Assembly (NCBI GenBank): GCA_964019425.1
Contig: OZ025793.1
Location: forward strand, 930,001-994,000
Reading direction: 5' to 3'
From: Flectonema sp. DT1601
Lineage: Eukaryota
Length of the DNA stretch: 64,000 nucleotides
The translations under genes were made by a program, and so were the position numbers. Positions 51,180 through 63,076 of the stretch are shown one piece after another (position 1 is the stretch's first letter; the number at the start of each line of letters is the position of its first letter). The notes beneath the pieces were generated by a model. The model did no database searches, had not been told where the DNA came from, and saw nothing but the letters and a program-made list of their open reading frames with translations.

Positions 51180-51714
51180 ATGGGTTCTGAAGATCGTCAG
51201 ACTATGACCGACGCTGAGAAGGCGGATCAGAGAATGAAGGCGGAAAATGAGGCATGGTGGGCAGACTTCTGGCTTTGGTGCTGCTGTGATCCTAATGGAG
51301 ACGGTGAAGGTAAGCCAACGTGCATGTGCAGAGTATGTAGATTTAGACAATTATTCTGATAGTCTTTTAGTTAGTAACGATATGATAAATTAATAAAACA
51401 GATTTCATGCGCAAACTGGGCCATTATCATTTCATTGTTCCTCGTCTACTACACACTTATCGGACTGGTATGTATTAATTATTAGTTAGTATAATAGATT
51501 AACTCTCTCTCTCTGAATAACTAAACACAAAACAGTTCTTCTACGGAATGATTGAGGCTATGTTCGTCGTCGTGAAGAGTCCTTCCCCAGCTGACAGAGT
51601 ATGATTTTGCTTTTTATGTAGTTTGAATTTCTTTTTTAAATTGAAGTTTTCGGCATAATGAAATAACTAAATAAAAAACAGGACGCCCTCAAGATTTTAT
51701 CACCAGTTGTCTAG
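51180..51714 (+). CDS. 104-aa single-pass membrane protein, four exons (51180-51332, 51402-51467, 51536-51598, 51682-51714)
   Basis: Three phase-0 GTATG...AAACAG introns give an uninterrupted ORF with TM WAIIISLFLVYYTLIGLFFYGMIEAMFVVV. Confidence 0.8.
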
Positions 51715-53693
51715 TGGTACAAGACAAGATGCTTTGTTGGTGGTGGGCCTTAATACCATCAGTTAGAGTGTATCAATGTCAGTAGGTTAGAAGCCGTCAC
51801 CTGTACCTCAATCTCATGTAATCCTGTTTTTTTTTTATATACGTTTTCAAATAAAACATGGATAGAGGGAGTAGAGGAACATATAGGCGAATGACGAGAT
51901 TTGCTGCCACCACCCCCATTTTCAAGAACGAAGAATAATAGTGTTCGCTTGTTTTTTTTTTTTTTCCTTATTTTATTTTGCCCCCCTTCCCCGTATATTG
52001 CTTTCTCAAAAGACCCAATCCTGACCCCCTTTTTTCCACCCTTTTTTTTTTTTTTTTTTTTTTTAAATATTCGGATCTTCCAGGAGTGACTTTGACTGAG
52101 CAGCTGAGCCCCCCCGAATGCCTGACTCTAGTCCGACGTCCTACTGCGGGAATAAATAAAAATAACAACCGAAAGGAGAGATGTTTTACATCAGATCCTT
52201 TAACCTGCTGTGTAGGCTAACACACCCCCCCCTCAGAATGCGAGGAGCATCAGATACTTAATCCTGTACAAGCCTTAGAAGTGTACCATGCATTTTCTTT
52301 ATTTTTCTTCCTCTTGACAGCTGCATTTAATCTTCGGTATCCTTTTTGTTTTGCATTGTACTTTATACCCACCCTAATTTGTGCTCCCAGAAAATCCTTC
52401 TCTTTGGTCCCTGTAGAGTACTTGTTAAAGCAGTTAGTGGTGTCGTGGTCGTCTGCAGTAACCCATTTCTATTTTGGTGTGTTTTTGTCTAGCTCCTCGC
52501 ATGTGCGTGTTTTTTTTTTTTTTTTTTTTTGATTTTATCGCCCCTCGGCACCTTCCCCTTGTACATCATATTATGAGAAGGCACGGGACTCGACGAAACA
52601 TAAAATTATGGGAAATTAAAAAAAAAAAAAAGACAAACAAACAAATAAAGCACACACTCTGCATTCACATAAAATACTTTCAAGCCTTATATTTGTGTTT
52701 TTCAGTTTTTGTTGTTTTTTTTATTATTTTTTTTTCCCCTCTCTTCGGTTTGTAATCCAATGAGATTTTAAAAAATAAAAATAAACAGGGTTGGTCAGCA
52801 TTCTCGACCCTCCCCCCCTATGATGTTCTTTTTACAGTGACCTTTAGTTACGGTATACGGAACTAATGTTAAATTATCGTTATGTTGTTTATGATACAAT
52901 ACACTTGTATTTTACGTACAAAATCGAACAGTTAAAAAAAACCCCCCCCCATGATGATCCCCACCCTTTGGCCCCTCCCAATAAAAAGAAAAAAAAACAG
53001 AAGAAAACAAAAAAAAAAAACAAAAAAAAAAAAAAAACCAAAAGTGGTACATTTTCTCCCAACTGAGCCCAGGTAATGTTCTCCTATTATAGCGGTGGTG
53101 AGTTAAAGGTGCTTCGTCCTCTGGTAGACAACAAACAAGATTATTGTTATGTAAACACAAAGAAAATAAAACAAAACAAAAAAAAACTTGAACCGCTTAA
53201 ATAATGCCTGAAATACGAACACGTTTGTTACTACAGCGCCGCTGCTATTTTGAAGCCATCAGCAGTTTAATGTTGTTGGAAGTTAGGCCTGAGCTCTTCT
53301 GTATTACAAATTGTTTTGAGACAATATGGCTATCAACACATCGTGAAGCTTTATATTACTTGCCAGAGTCATAGTTGTCTTCTTCTATGACCCTTATGAC
53401 ATACCCGGGGTGGGGACAATAAAAAAAAAAGAAGATAAGTAAAAGTCAAGGCCAGCTACCTGGAACATCCCTCCCTCCCGAAATCTGTAAAGTTGCTCCT
53501 CTTCTGCGGGAGCCCCGAAAATTTCCAATTCTTTTTTGTTTTTTGGTTGTTTAATCGTTATTACACCTCTTCGTAACAGGTTCGTACTTCAAGTTCTACA
53601 GTGCGCGAACGTAATATTCAATCACAGTGTGTCAGCTAGACTATCCCTTTGTGATAAATTATAAAATGATTCATTATCAGCTATCCACACCAT

Positions 53694-55388
53694 ATGAATA
53701 TTAGGAGCCAAACTTGGCGTAAGCCAGGTTTGTACAATATCGTTGGCCAGACAGGGATACTTGGGAAAATGAGTGGGACTAAGCCGAGCGCACAATTCCG
53801 AAACGTGGAAACTAACAACGAATTCTCTCGTGACAAAGTCACAAGAGTAGAAAAGATAAAACAACCACAATCATTTGCTATTGCGAAAAGGAGGGAAATG
53901 ATTCGAAACGCAAGAGACGTTTCAGCTGATTATTATAGAAAACGTAATTTAGATCTTTTGGAACAAAAAATTAAAATAAAACCAGTTCAAACAACTGACA
54001 TGAGAAGCGCAAAAAGGAACTTCTTACCTCATAGAAAAATAGATAAAGATTTCACACCTTCGAAAGTATCTGTGACTGGAGACACAGAAGAGCACCCTCT
54101 CAGACCTGTTACGTCTTTTTCGTCTCTTCGTAAGATATCATCGATTATGTTAGTTCAAGCCTTACAACACATATGGAAAGATCCAACACCAATCCAATCT
54201 CATGGATGGACTTCTCTCTTAGCTGAGCGCGACACCATACTACTGTCACCTCCTGGAAGCGGTAAATCGGGTGCCTATTTAGTACCGTGCATTGTCGAAG
54301 TCGCGTCTTTCAAGAAAAAAAATAACATCGTACCAGACGATCAGTCCGATAAAAAAACCAATAAATCAATTAAAGAAGGAATCACCTTGCGACCGAGGTC
54401 ATTAATTATAGTACCTACGGTAGAACTAGCCATTCAATTGTCGAGGATAGGCAGCTATTTATCTAATCCGTGTGGTGTTTTGACCGGGCAAATTGCATCC
54501 CCATCAGGCTGCGTACAGGAAGAAATTGATATACTGATTGCTACACCAGAGGCAATAAAAACTTTTAGTAAAAAGGGTTTGTTAGATTGGTCTGGTTTGC
54601 AGTCTGTTGTCGTTGACGAGGCGGATACATTTTTAGGAAATGATATTATGAGGGAATTGATTGAAACTATATTCATGCGAATAGGTCGGAAGACTCAAAG
54701 AGTTTTTTGTGCCAGCAGCTGGCGTAGTCAATCAGGTGAAGCAGCTCTTCAGCTCTTACAAGAACCTGTTTTGATACGTGTTGAAGAATCTGTTCAGCTA
54801 CAGCGCATACAACACAGCACACATGTAGTTGCACCAAAGAATGAAGCAGCATTCTTGGCTGAGATGTTTTGTGAAGGAGGTCTTCCGATTGATAAAAGAC
54901 AAAAATACATCATTTTCTGTAATGACGTAATGGAATCATGTCTTGTTTATGATTTATTACAATCTGTACTACCTTCTGATAAAGTTTTATTACTTCATGA
55001 TGACCTACTTCCTTATCAAAGAACCATGGCCATTGATCACATGTCTGATACTGACTGCAGGATATTAGTCTGCACTGACATAGTTTCGAGAGGTATTGAT
55101 TTCCCACAGGTTAATGTTGTTATCAATTTCGGGATTCCTTCAATACCAGAGACTCTGTATCAGCGAATCGGTCGAACAGCTCGCTTTGATAGATACGGAG
55201 CGGTCCACACTCTGGTGTCGTCATCAACACCTAAATATTTACTTCAAATGATACGATCATACATTAAAGACAGTGAGATAAGTGATGCTTTTTATAATCT
55301 TATTAGAGATGAACGTGAGAAGAGTACTTTCGTTAAACATCAAGAAATCAGAGCAGAACGTACCGCTGGTATTGACGATGTGTTTTAA
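53694..55388 (+). CDS. DEAD-box RNA helicase
   Basis: PTPIQ, PGSGKS, PTVELAIQ, ATPE, DEAD, SRGIDF, QRIGRTAR. Confidence 0.93.
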   Translation: MNIRSQTWRKPGLYNIVGQTGILGKMSGTKPSAQFRNVETNNEFSRDKVTRVEKIKQPQSFAIAKRREMIRNARDVSADYYRKRNLDLLEQKIKIKPVQTTDMRSAKRNFLPHRKIDKDFTPSKVSVTGDTEEHPLRPVTSFSSLRKISSIMLVQALQHIWKDPTPIQSHGWTSLLAERDTILLSPPGSGKSGAYLVPCIVEVASFKKKNNIVPDDQSDKKTNKSIKEGITLRPRSLIIVPTVELAIQLSRIGSYLSNPCGVLTGQIASPSGCVQEEIDILIATPEAIKTFSKKGLLDWSGLQSVVVDEADTFLGNDIMRELIETIFMRIGRKTQRVFCASSWRSQSGEAALQLLQEPVLIRVEESVQLQRIQHSTHVVAPKNEAAFLAEMFCEGGLPIDKRQKYIIFCNDVMESCLVYDLLQSVLPSDKVLLLHDDLLPYQRTMAIDHMSDTDCRILVCTDIVSRGIDFPQVNVVINFGIPSIPETLYQRIGRTARFDRYGAVHTLVSSSTPKYLLQMIRSYIKDSEISDAFYNLIRDEREKSTFVKHQEIRAERTAGIDDVF

Positions 55389-55642
55389 TGACATCCTCCT
55401 TGAGATCGTATAACATAATTACCATACGGAGTTGTGTTGACTCTTTTTGTATCAACCGATTCTTTATTTTAGCTACGCTTATCAACGTGGTCATCACTTT
55501 GTGTTTTCGAATTATTAATAAGACCCTATTGTTATATATTTTGTTTATTACAGTCAACCGTCATGAGACATTCGTATTGAAGCGGTTCGTGTAGTTTAAA
55601 AACTTTTTAATCTATTCTTCAGGTACCTATCCACACAATAAA

Positions 55643-58600
55643 ATGGCTGTATCTGTAGAGCAAGATGCTCTATACGGTACGAAGGCCTTTTCTGATATAT
55701 TGTTGCCTGCTGATGCGGTCAACCCACAAACAGATGCTGAGCGGTCTTTAAAACAAGTTGTAAACAGACTAAAGGATGTTCACAGCGTCCTCAGCTCAGA
55801 GCTTATTGAACGTCGTAATGAGATAGAGAGACAGTCTGGAACAATTGAACAGCTTCGATCTGATATTGAAAATATTCACGTAGAAGCTGCAAACGCGAGG
55901 AATGTGGAGTTGGAAAAAGTAAGAAACGAGCTAAAGCTAAAGATAAAAAAACAAAGAGACCACTCAAAACAATTAACATCACAACTTGCTGCACATGATA
56001 AGACTATTCAGGATAAAGATAAATCACTTTGTGAGAAGGACGCTGTGATTGAAGAACGTCAACGTGCCATCGGTGAGAAGGATCTCCGCATCTCAGAACT
56101 GGTAACTGAAATGGAACAAATGACTCAACTTCTTGGGCTAACACGTGAGGAACGTGACAAGAAACACGCTGATGCTGGTGAACGTATGCAAGTAGTCGAC
56201 GCTTTGGAAGACAAACTCCGCCAGAAGGAAATCGCTCTCCGTCACAATGACGAAGAAACCGCCACCATCCGCGCTCGTGTTGATACCTTATTCACCCGCG
56301 GAAAAGACCTCGAGAAGACTAACAAGGAGATGGAAATCGCTATCGAGAAGACTCGTTACGATGCTGAACTCAGGGAACAAAAACTCAAAATGTCACTTTC
56401 TACTTCTCAATTAGAACTCGAAGAGATTAAGTTACAGAGTCAACAGTTCTCGACCGACTCTGAATTCACAGAAAAGACTGTTCAGGACCTTCTCGATGAT
56501 AACAAAGATAAGGACGAAATGATCTTCCGTACTACCGCAGTCGTTGTTGACCAACAGATCCGTGAACAGGAATGGCAGGACATGAATCGGTATGTATTGA
56601 AAGTATTGTCAATAGTACTCAAAGAGAGTTACTTTACTGTAGAAGATCTGGTTAGAAAATAATCCATTTCTGATCAAAACTTAACACAACAACAGCTTTA
56701 AGATGCATGAGCTGCAGAGTAAGCTCCGCGACCTGCGCTCAGTCGATGACGGATTGTTGTACGCAGTTACCAATTCCGCGAGAAAGGGAGGTCTGGAACC
56801 TTGGAGAGTCGCTGATCCAGAAAGCACATTGGTGGAATGCTTTCCAATGTGCAGTCCTACTATTGTCGGACAGCCAGTGACTATTGTCATCACTACCAGG
56901 AACCGAACTGGACAGCCAGTAAAGAGCGCATTCCCAACTGAGTTTGAGGTATGTGTTGCAGGTAAGGCCCTGGGAACTCCTGACATCTGTGCTGAGCTGA
57001 CGGCACCTACTGAAGGCACCTCGAAGTTGAAGAAACCAAAGCTCGACAAGGAGTCGAGTTCCTTTACTGTTCAACACTTCGCTACTTCACCAGGTTGGAA
57101 GGAAGTAAGCGTGAAGTTTAGAGGAGAGTCCTTAAGAGGAGGATACTTCGTCTACCACAGCAGTGAGGAGGCTCACAGAGCAGTTGAAGTAGTGCCAAGA
57201 TCTCTTCTCACTGATGGTGAAGCTTCTAATTTAGAATCGAGGTGTAAGTTGTTAACAGAAGATCAACCATACAGTGAAAAGGTTATTACTTTATCTTGTA
57301 ATCCTGTTCATGCAAAGCCTGGTGAAGAAGTTCAGGTTTTCGCAGTCGTCAGAGACTCGAAAACATATCGACCATACTTGGGATCTGAAGATCTGTCTTC
57401 TGAGATTGTACTCTCTCCATTCTTTGGAGGAGACGTTATAAAACCTGAATGGCTTCAGGCTGTTGATACTCATCACCGACTTGGTGTTACTCAGGTGTAT
57501 CAGTGTACCCTTAAGCTTCCTCAGGATGATACTCTTAAGTTTACAGGTTTGTGTTATTTATATTAAAATTATCCGATTTGTTACATAAACAACAACCAAC
57601 CCAAAACAGGTGTAATTGGAACCTTAGGCACACAGACCACATCCACACTCTGTTGGATGGCACCACCTTCTGATAAGGGACGTGTTGATTACCATAAGAC
57701 ATTAATTTCATGTTACCCTGATCCATGTACACCTGGTGAAGTTGTAACTTGCAACATCAACACCAGAGGTAGTGAGTATGAACCAGCTCTTATTGAAGAT
57801 GGTCAGGACGTATTGTTTGAAGTGAGAGGTTTGTACCAATCTTGTTTTTAATAAATTATTTTATTATTTCAATCACTAAGACCAACTAAACTAAAACTAC
57901 TTCAGGTATCAATGGTGTATCTCGTATCACTCCAGTTGAAAAGATAACTGACTACACTTGGAGAACTACTTTTATTGCTCAGAGGCGTGGAAGAAGTGGA
58001 TTAAACATCGACTACTCTGGACAACCACTTGGTCAATGTACTGTTGAGGTTCAGGGTTCTAATTCATATGTTCCAGCTAACTGTGATATTCAATTGAATC
58101 CTTGCATTAATGCTAAACCTGGTCAGAGAGTTTACGTTACCATCAGAACAAAGGATGTCAACCATCACTTAGCTAACGGACCTCCAAGTCAGGCCTTCAA
58201 CATTACTCCAACAGGAGCAGTTGTTCAAAGTGGTAGTCATAAGATTCACGCTCTAGCAAGAAGCGCTGTTGACGGTGCCTACACAACTCACTTTACAGTT
58301 GCTGACGACGCCGAGATTGGATCTGTTGCCGGTATTGACGTTGCTCTTGAAGGTGCTTTCATCTCAAAAACAGTTCAGGTTACCTCTGATGAGGGTATGT
58401 CTTTATTATTTTACTTGTTGGAAGAGTATTATATTTTTAGATAGGAAATAAACACAACAACAACAGGCACTCACGACAGCTCAACAATCTACTACGACCC
58501 ACCTATTCAATCATCGTTTACACACGACCCAGTTAGAGCAGAAGAAGCAGCATTTATTGTTGTTTGTTCAAAGGATGAACCACAGGTAGTAGGAGGGTAC

Positions 58601-59842
58601 AATGTTATGTACGTTGGACAACCAGTAGAACAGAAGTGGTGTTCAGGTGTTTGGATGATCAGAGTTCAGATTGGATCAAGACAGGGATTCTCAAGTGTGA
58701 CTGTAGAAGCTGATGGCCAGACTTTATCACTATCAGTCACAGTTGATACGATGCCAGTAAAGACACTCGAGTTAGAGATTGAACGTCTTCGTGATATTGA
58801 AATGAAGTTCCGCGAATCGTGGGATGGAAAATGGCGCGGATCAGTTGCCGGCTCTCAACGCGGATCCCGTTCCGGTTCCGTTGTTAGATCTCGTTCAGGT
58901 TCTCTCAAAGCTACTAAAGAAACTACCGTCACACCTCGTAAGGAAACAGCATCACCAGTAAGAAAGGTAGCATTCCCAAAGATTGGTGTTGAACTGATCG
59001 ATCACTTTTCATCATTTGGTGAGGAGGATATCAGCGGAGCAAAGGTAGTCGAAGTTCGTTTCAAGGAAGCCGCTGACAATGCCGGTCTGCAAGCTCACGA
59101 CATTATTACTCAGATTGGTATCACTGGAAGTGATGATGTTTTTATGGTATTTTGTTTATCTGTTTAATTATTTTCAGAATGTCACTAGACAGGCCCCTCT
59201 TATCAAAAATACCAAACAGATCTCTTGCAAGGATGACTTCCGTACGTTCTTGAAATCACTCGGAACGAAGGCACCATTTCCAAATATAGAAGTCACGGTA
59301 CGTAGCAATTACTTCTTTAGAATGGAGGCTTGCTTTTAATATCAACACGCAGGTTGTTGGTGCCTCTGTGAGCAAACATTTCTTCCTAACAAAAAAAAAA
59401 CAAAAAAACAAAATAGGTTCGCCGACTTGACGAGAGCGGCACCAGCAACGATATGACTATTGTGGTTGTACCAGGTGTCAGTGAGAAGGAGGTTAAGGGA
59501 AAGGTTTGTTTAATTAAATTACTATTCTTAACAGAGTGAGGTATTCCATCATGAAGGGAGAAAATAAAAAATAAATAAATAAAAAAACAGCGTTCCCGTA
59601 AGACATCACCAAGACGTAGCAGCAGAGGAAGTACTCGTAAGAAGTCCACAAAGAAAAGCACCAAGAAGAAGAGTACCAAAAAGAAGAGTACCCGCAAGAA
59701 GAAGTCTACCAGAAAGAGAACCAGCAAGAAGAGTAAGACCAGCAAGAAGGGAACTAAGAAGTCAAAGAAGAAGAGAGGTGTCATGAGCAAGTCACAATTC
59801 CAGGCAGCGAGAGCAGACCACGGAACTATGGGTAGACTTTAG
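55643..59842 (+). CDS. Coiled-coil + filamin/Ig-like repeats + PDZ-like domain + Lys-rich tail; 8 exons (introns 56590-56695, 57547-57609, 57829-57905, 58395-58466, 59147-59219, 59298-59416, 59504-59590)
   Basis: All seven GT-AG introns keep frame; VGQPVTIVITTRN...VSVKFRGESLRGG is filamin-like; IGVEL...AADNAGLQAHDIITQI is PDZ-like. Confidence 0.8.
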
Positions 59843-61342
59843 CTTTTATAATTTAATTTAATTTTTTTTTTTTTTTTTTTTCCTTTTCCCCCAGTGCGAA
59901 TATAAAATCCAGAGCCAAGACCCAAAAAACCCTTCCACACACCTCCCCCAAAAGCTACCTTTTGTCACTGTTAACCATTTCCAAGTATTGATTTATTGTT
60001 TTAATTTGGTTATGGTGCCAGGTTTCCAGTAAAACTTTTTATATTCAAATGTGACTCAATCTTTTGCAAAACATATTTAAAATATATCACATTCGTTGTA
60101 TTGGAGTTTTTCTTCTTGTGAAGTATGCTTCGGTACCTGCTGCAGCATTTTTGAATCATGCAGCGAAAAAAATGAAGGTCCTCAGCTGGGTTTATGTGTG
60201 GGTGCAGTCTCGGCTCTGTCTGTGTCAGAGCAAGTTGTTTTTGTAACCCAAGTATACAATGAAATGAATTTCAATTTCAACTTTATTTTTTATTTTTATT
60301 TTTTTTTTTAAGCTTGTGCGAGGTTATTTTTTCAAACAAAAAATTGAAAAAAAAAAAAAAAAAAATAGTACTGTGAAACCTAAAAAAAAACTGGAAAACA
60401 GAACAGAAAACAAAATAAAATTTAAAAAAAAAAAAATGTGCTAAAAATAAGGCAAATACTACGAATAATTACGAGAAGGAAAAATAAAAGAAAAAAATAA
60501 ATAAATAAGAGGTACTAAGTGTTTTTGCATGTCCGAACGACCCCTCAAATTTTATTTCCCAGATTATCTTTTTTTTTTTTTTTTTCATTTTTTTTAAGTT
60601 CTTTCGATCTGATTGCCAACAATCCTCGACATATTGTAATGTACGCTTTCTTTTATTTTCATTTTTTATTTTTTTTTATTTTTTTTCCTATCTTCTCTCC
60701 CTAATGTCATCCTGATCTGGGTGAACACAGAGTGCTGGTACAGACGAAAACTAAGTTGCTTTCTGCTTCTTTAAACAAATGGCTTGTGCTTGCATTTTCA
60801 TGTTCCTTTTATTCTTACACTACGCTGTGCAAAGCTTGTTTTTTTTTTTTTTTTTTTTCTTCAGCTAAACATAACTTCAGTTAGGAATTCTAATGAAGTA
60901 AAAAAGAAGGAAACCAACAAAAAAAAAAAAAAAAAAAAAACCTTTCTTTTTTTTTTGAAAAAAAAAAAGAAAAAAATATAGTTTGTATCGACATAATATG
61001 TTCTTATGTTTGCATTGTGGAAATGGAATTTTTTTTCGTTGAGCCTGATCGGATTTACTTCCCACTCCCCTCTTTTCTTTATTTTCCTTTTTACTGCTTC
61101 CCTTAGCAACCCTCTCCGCGCAAAGGAAGAAGAGAACACACCAGAAGGGGAAAAAAAAAAAAAAAAAAAAAAAAAGGGGATTAATAACTTCTTGCTTGCA
61201 AGGAAACCATTTCACTTCTTCTGACTTTTTTCTAACATCATTTTAACAGGTTGCGACCGTGTTGGATGGCAATGGTAAAGTTCTGTGTTTAAAAACAGGT
61301 TGACGATGATTAGTTCCTTCCTCCACTCTCCGCTCTCTCTTT

Positions 61343-61432
61343 AATATGATGATATTAATGGCATTATCAATCACGTGTTAGACTTCTGAGCATTCTATGC
61401 GATGCGAATAATTCTTATCTGCCTGCTGATTC
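61343..61432 (+). ncRNA. Box C/D snoRNA A (first of 8 copies), predicted guide for LSU rRNA Cm in GAGUCUAAC (yeast Cm663/snR58-equivalent)
   Basis: Box C ATGATGA 61346, D' CTGA 61386, D CTGA 61426; guide cacgtgttagact is antisense to LSU AGUCUAACACGUG. Confidence 0.85.
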
Positions 61433-61540
61433 CCTTTTGTAACTGTTCCCTTGTGTTGGATGGTGTTGTGTTTTGTTAGAGAGCACTTGAACTCCCTCTC
61501 TCTCTCTCTCTCTCGTTCTCTCTCTTTCTCTCATCTGTTT

Positions 61541-61622
61541 GAACTAAATGATGCACAACCATATTATTGTGAATACAATGAACATAAAACAACAATTAGA
61601 ATAGGTCGAGGCTGATTAGTTC
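61541..61622 (+). ncRNA. Box C/D snoRNA B (first of 7 copies), predicted guide for LSU rRNA CUCGACCUAUUCU
   Basis: 7-bp terminal stem gaactaa/ttagttc; C-like ATGATGC 61548; D CTGA 61612; guide agaataggtcgag is antisense to the conserved LSU ACCUAUUCUCAAACU region. Confidence 0.8.
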
Positions 61623-61789
61623 CTTCCTCCGCTCTCTCTTTAATATGATGATATTAATGGCATTATCAATCACGTGTTAGACTTCTGAGCATTCTATGCG
61701 ATGCGAATAATTCTTATCTGCCTGCTGATTCCCTTTGTGACTGTTCCCTTATGTTGGATGGTGTTGTATTTTGTTAGAGAGCACTTGAA

Positions 61790-61831
<42 letters not shown>

Positions 61832-62402
61832 CTCTCTCTTTCTCTCATCTGTTTGAACTAAATGATGCACAACCATATTATTGTGAATACAATGAACATA
61901 AAACAACAATTAGAATAGGTCGAGGCTGATTAGTTCCTTCCTCCACTCTCTCTTTAATATGATGATATTAATGGCATTATCAATCACGTGTTAGACTTCT
62001 GAGCATTCTATGCGATGCGAATAATTCTTATCTGCCTGCTGATTCCCTTTTGTAACTGTTCCCTTGTGTTGGATGGTGTTGTGTTTTGTTAGAGAGCACT
62101 TGAACTCCCTCTCTCTCTCTCTCTCTCGTTCTCTCTCTTTCTCTCATCTGTTTGAACTAAATGATGCACAACCATATTATTGTGAATACAATGAACATAA
62201 AACAACAATTAGAATAGGTCGAGGCTGATTAGTTCCTTCCTCCGCTCTCTCTTTAATATGATGATATTAATGGCATTATCAATCACGTGTTAGACTTCTG
62301 AGCATTCTATGCGATGCGAATAATTCTTATCTGCCTGCTGATTCCCTTTGTGACTGTTCCCTTATGTTGGATGGTGTTGTATTTTGTTAGAGAGCACTTG
62401 AA

Positions 62403-62444
<42 letters not shown>

Positions 62445-63014
62445 CTCTCTCTTTCTCTCATCTGTTTGAACTAAATGATGCACAACCATATTATTGTGAA
62501 TACAATGAACATAAAACAACAATTAGAATAGGTCGAGGCTGATTAGTTCCTTCCTCCACTCTCTCTTTAATATGATGATATTAATGGCATTATCAATCAC
62601 GTGTTAGACTTCTGAGCATTCTATGCGATGCGAATAATTCTTATCTGCCTGCTGATTCCCTTTTGTAACTGTTCCCTTATGTTGGATGGTGTTGTGTTTT
62701 GTTAGAGAGCACTTGAACTCCCTCTCTCTCTCGTTCTCTCTCTTTCTCTCATCTGTTTGAACTAAATGATGCACAACCATATTATTGTGAATACAATGAA
62801 CATAAAACAACAATTAGAATAGGTCGAGGTTGATTAGTTCCTTCCTCCACTCTCCACTCTCTCTTTAATATGATGATATTAATGGCATTATCAATCACGT
62901 GTTAGACTTCTGAGCATTCTATGCGATGCGAATAATTCTTATCTGCCTGCTGATTCCCTTTGTGACTGTTCCCTTATGTTGGATGGTGTTGTATTTTGTT
63001 AGAGAGCACTTGAA

Positions 63015-63076
<62 letters not shown>

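Noticed and set aside
59386..59790. Hydrophobic minus-strand 134-aa ORF
   Set aside because: Antisense of the Lys-rich terminal exon.
61433..61490. Third RNA (single-hairpin AGA-box pseudouridine guide) in the repeat unit
   Set aside because: AGA is present, but the hairpin is weak and I could not identify a target pocket; unresolved.
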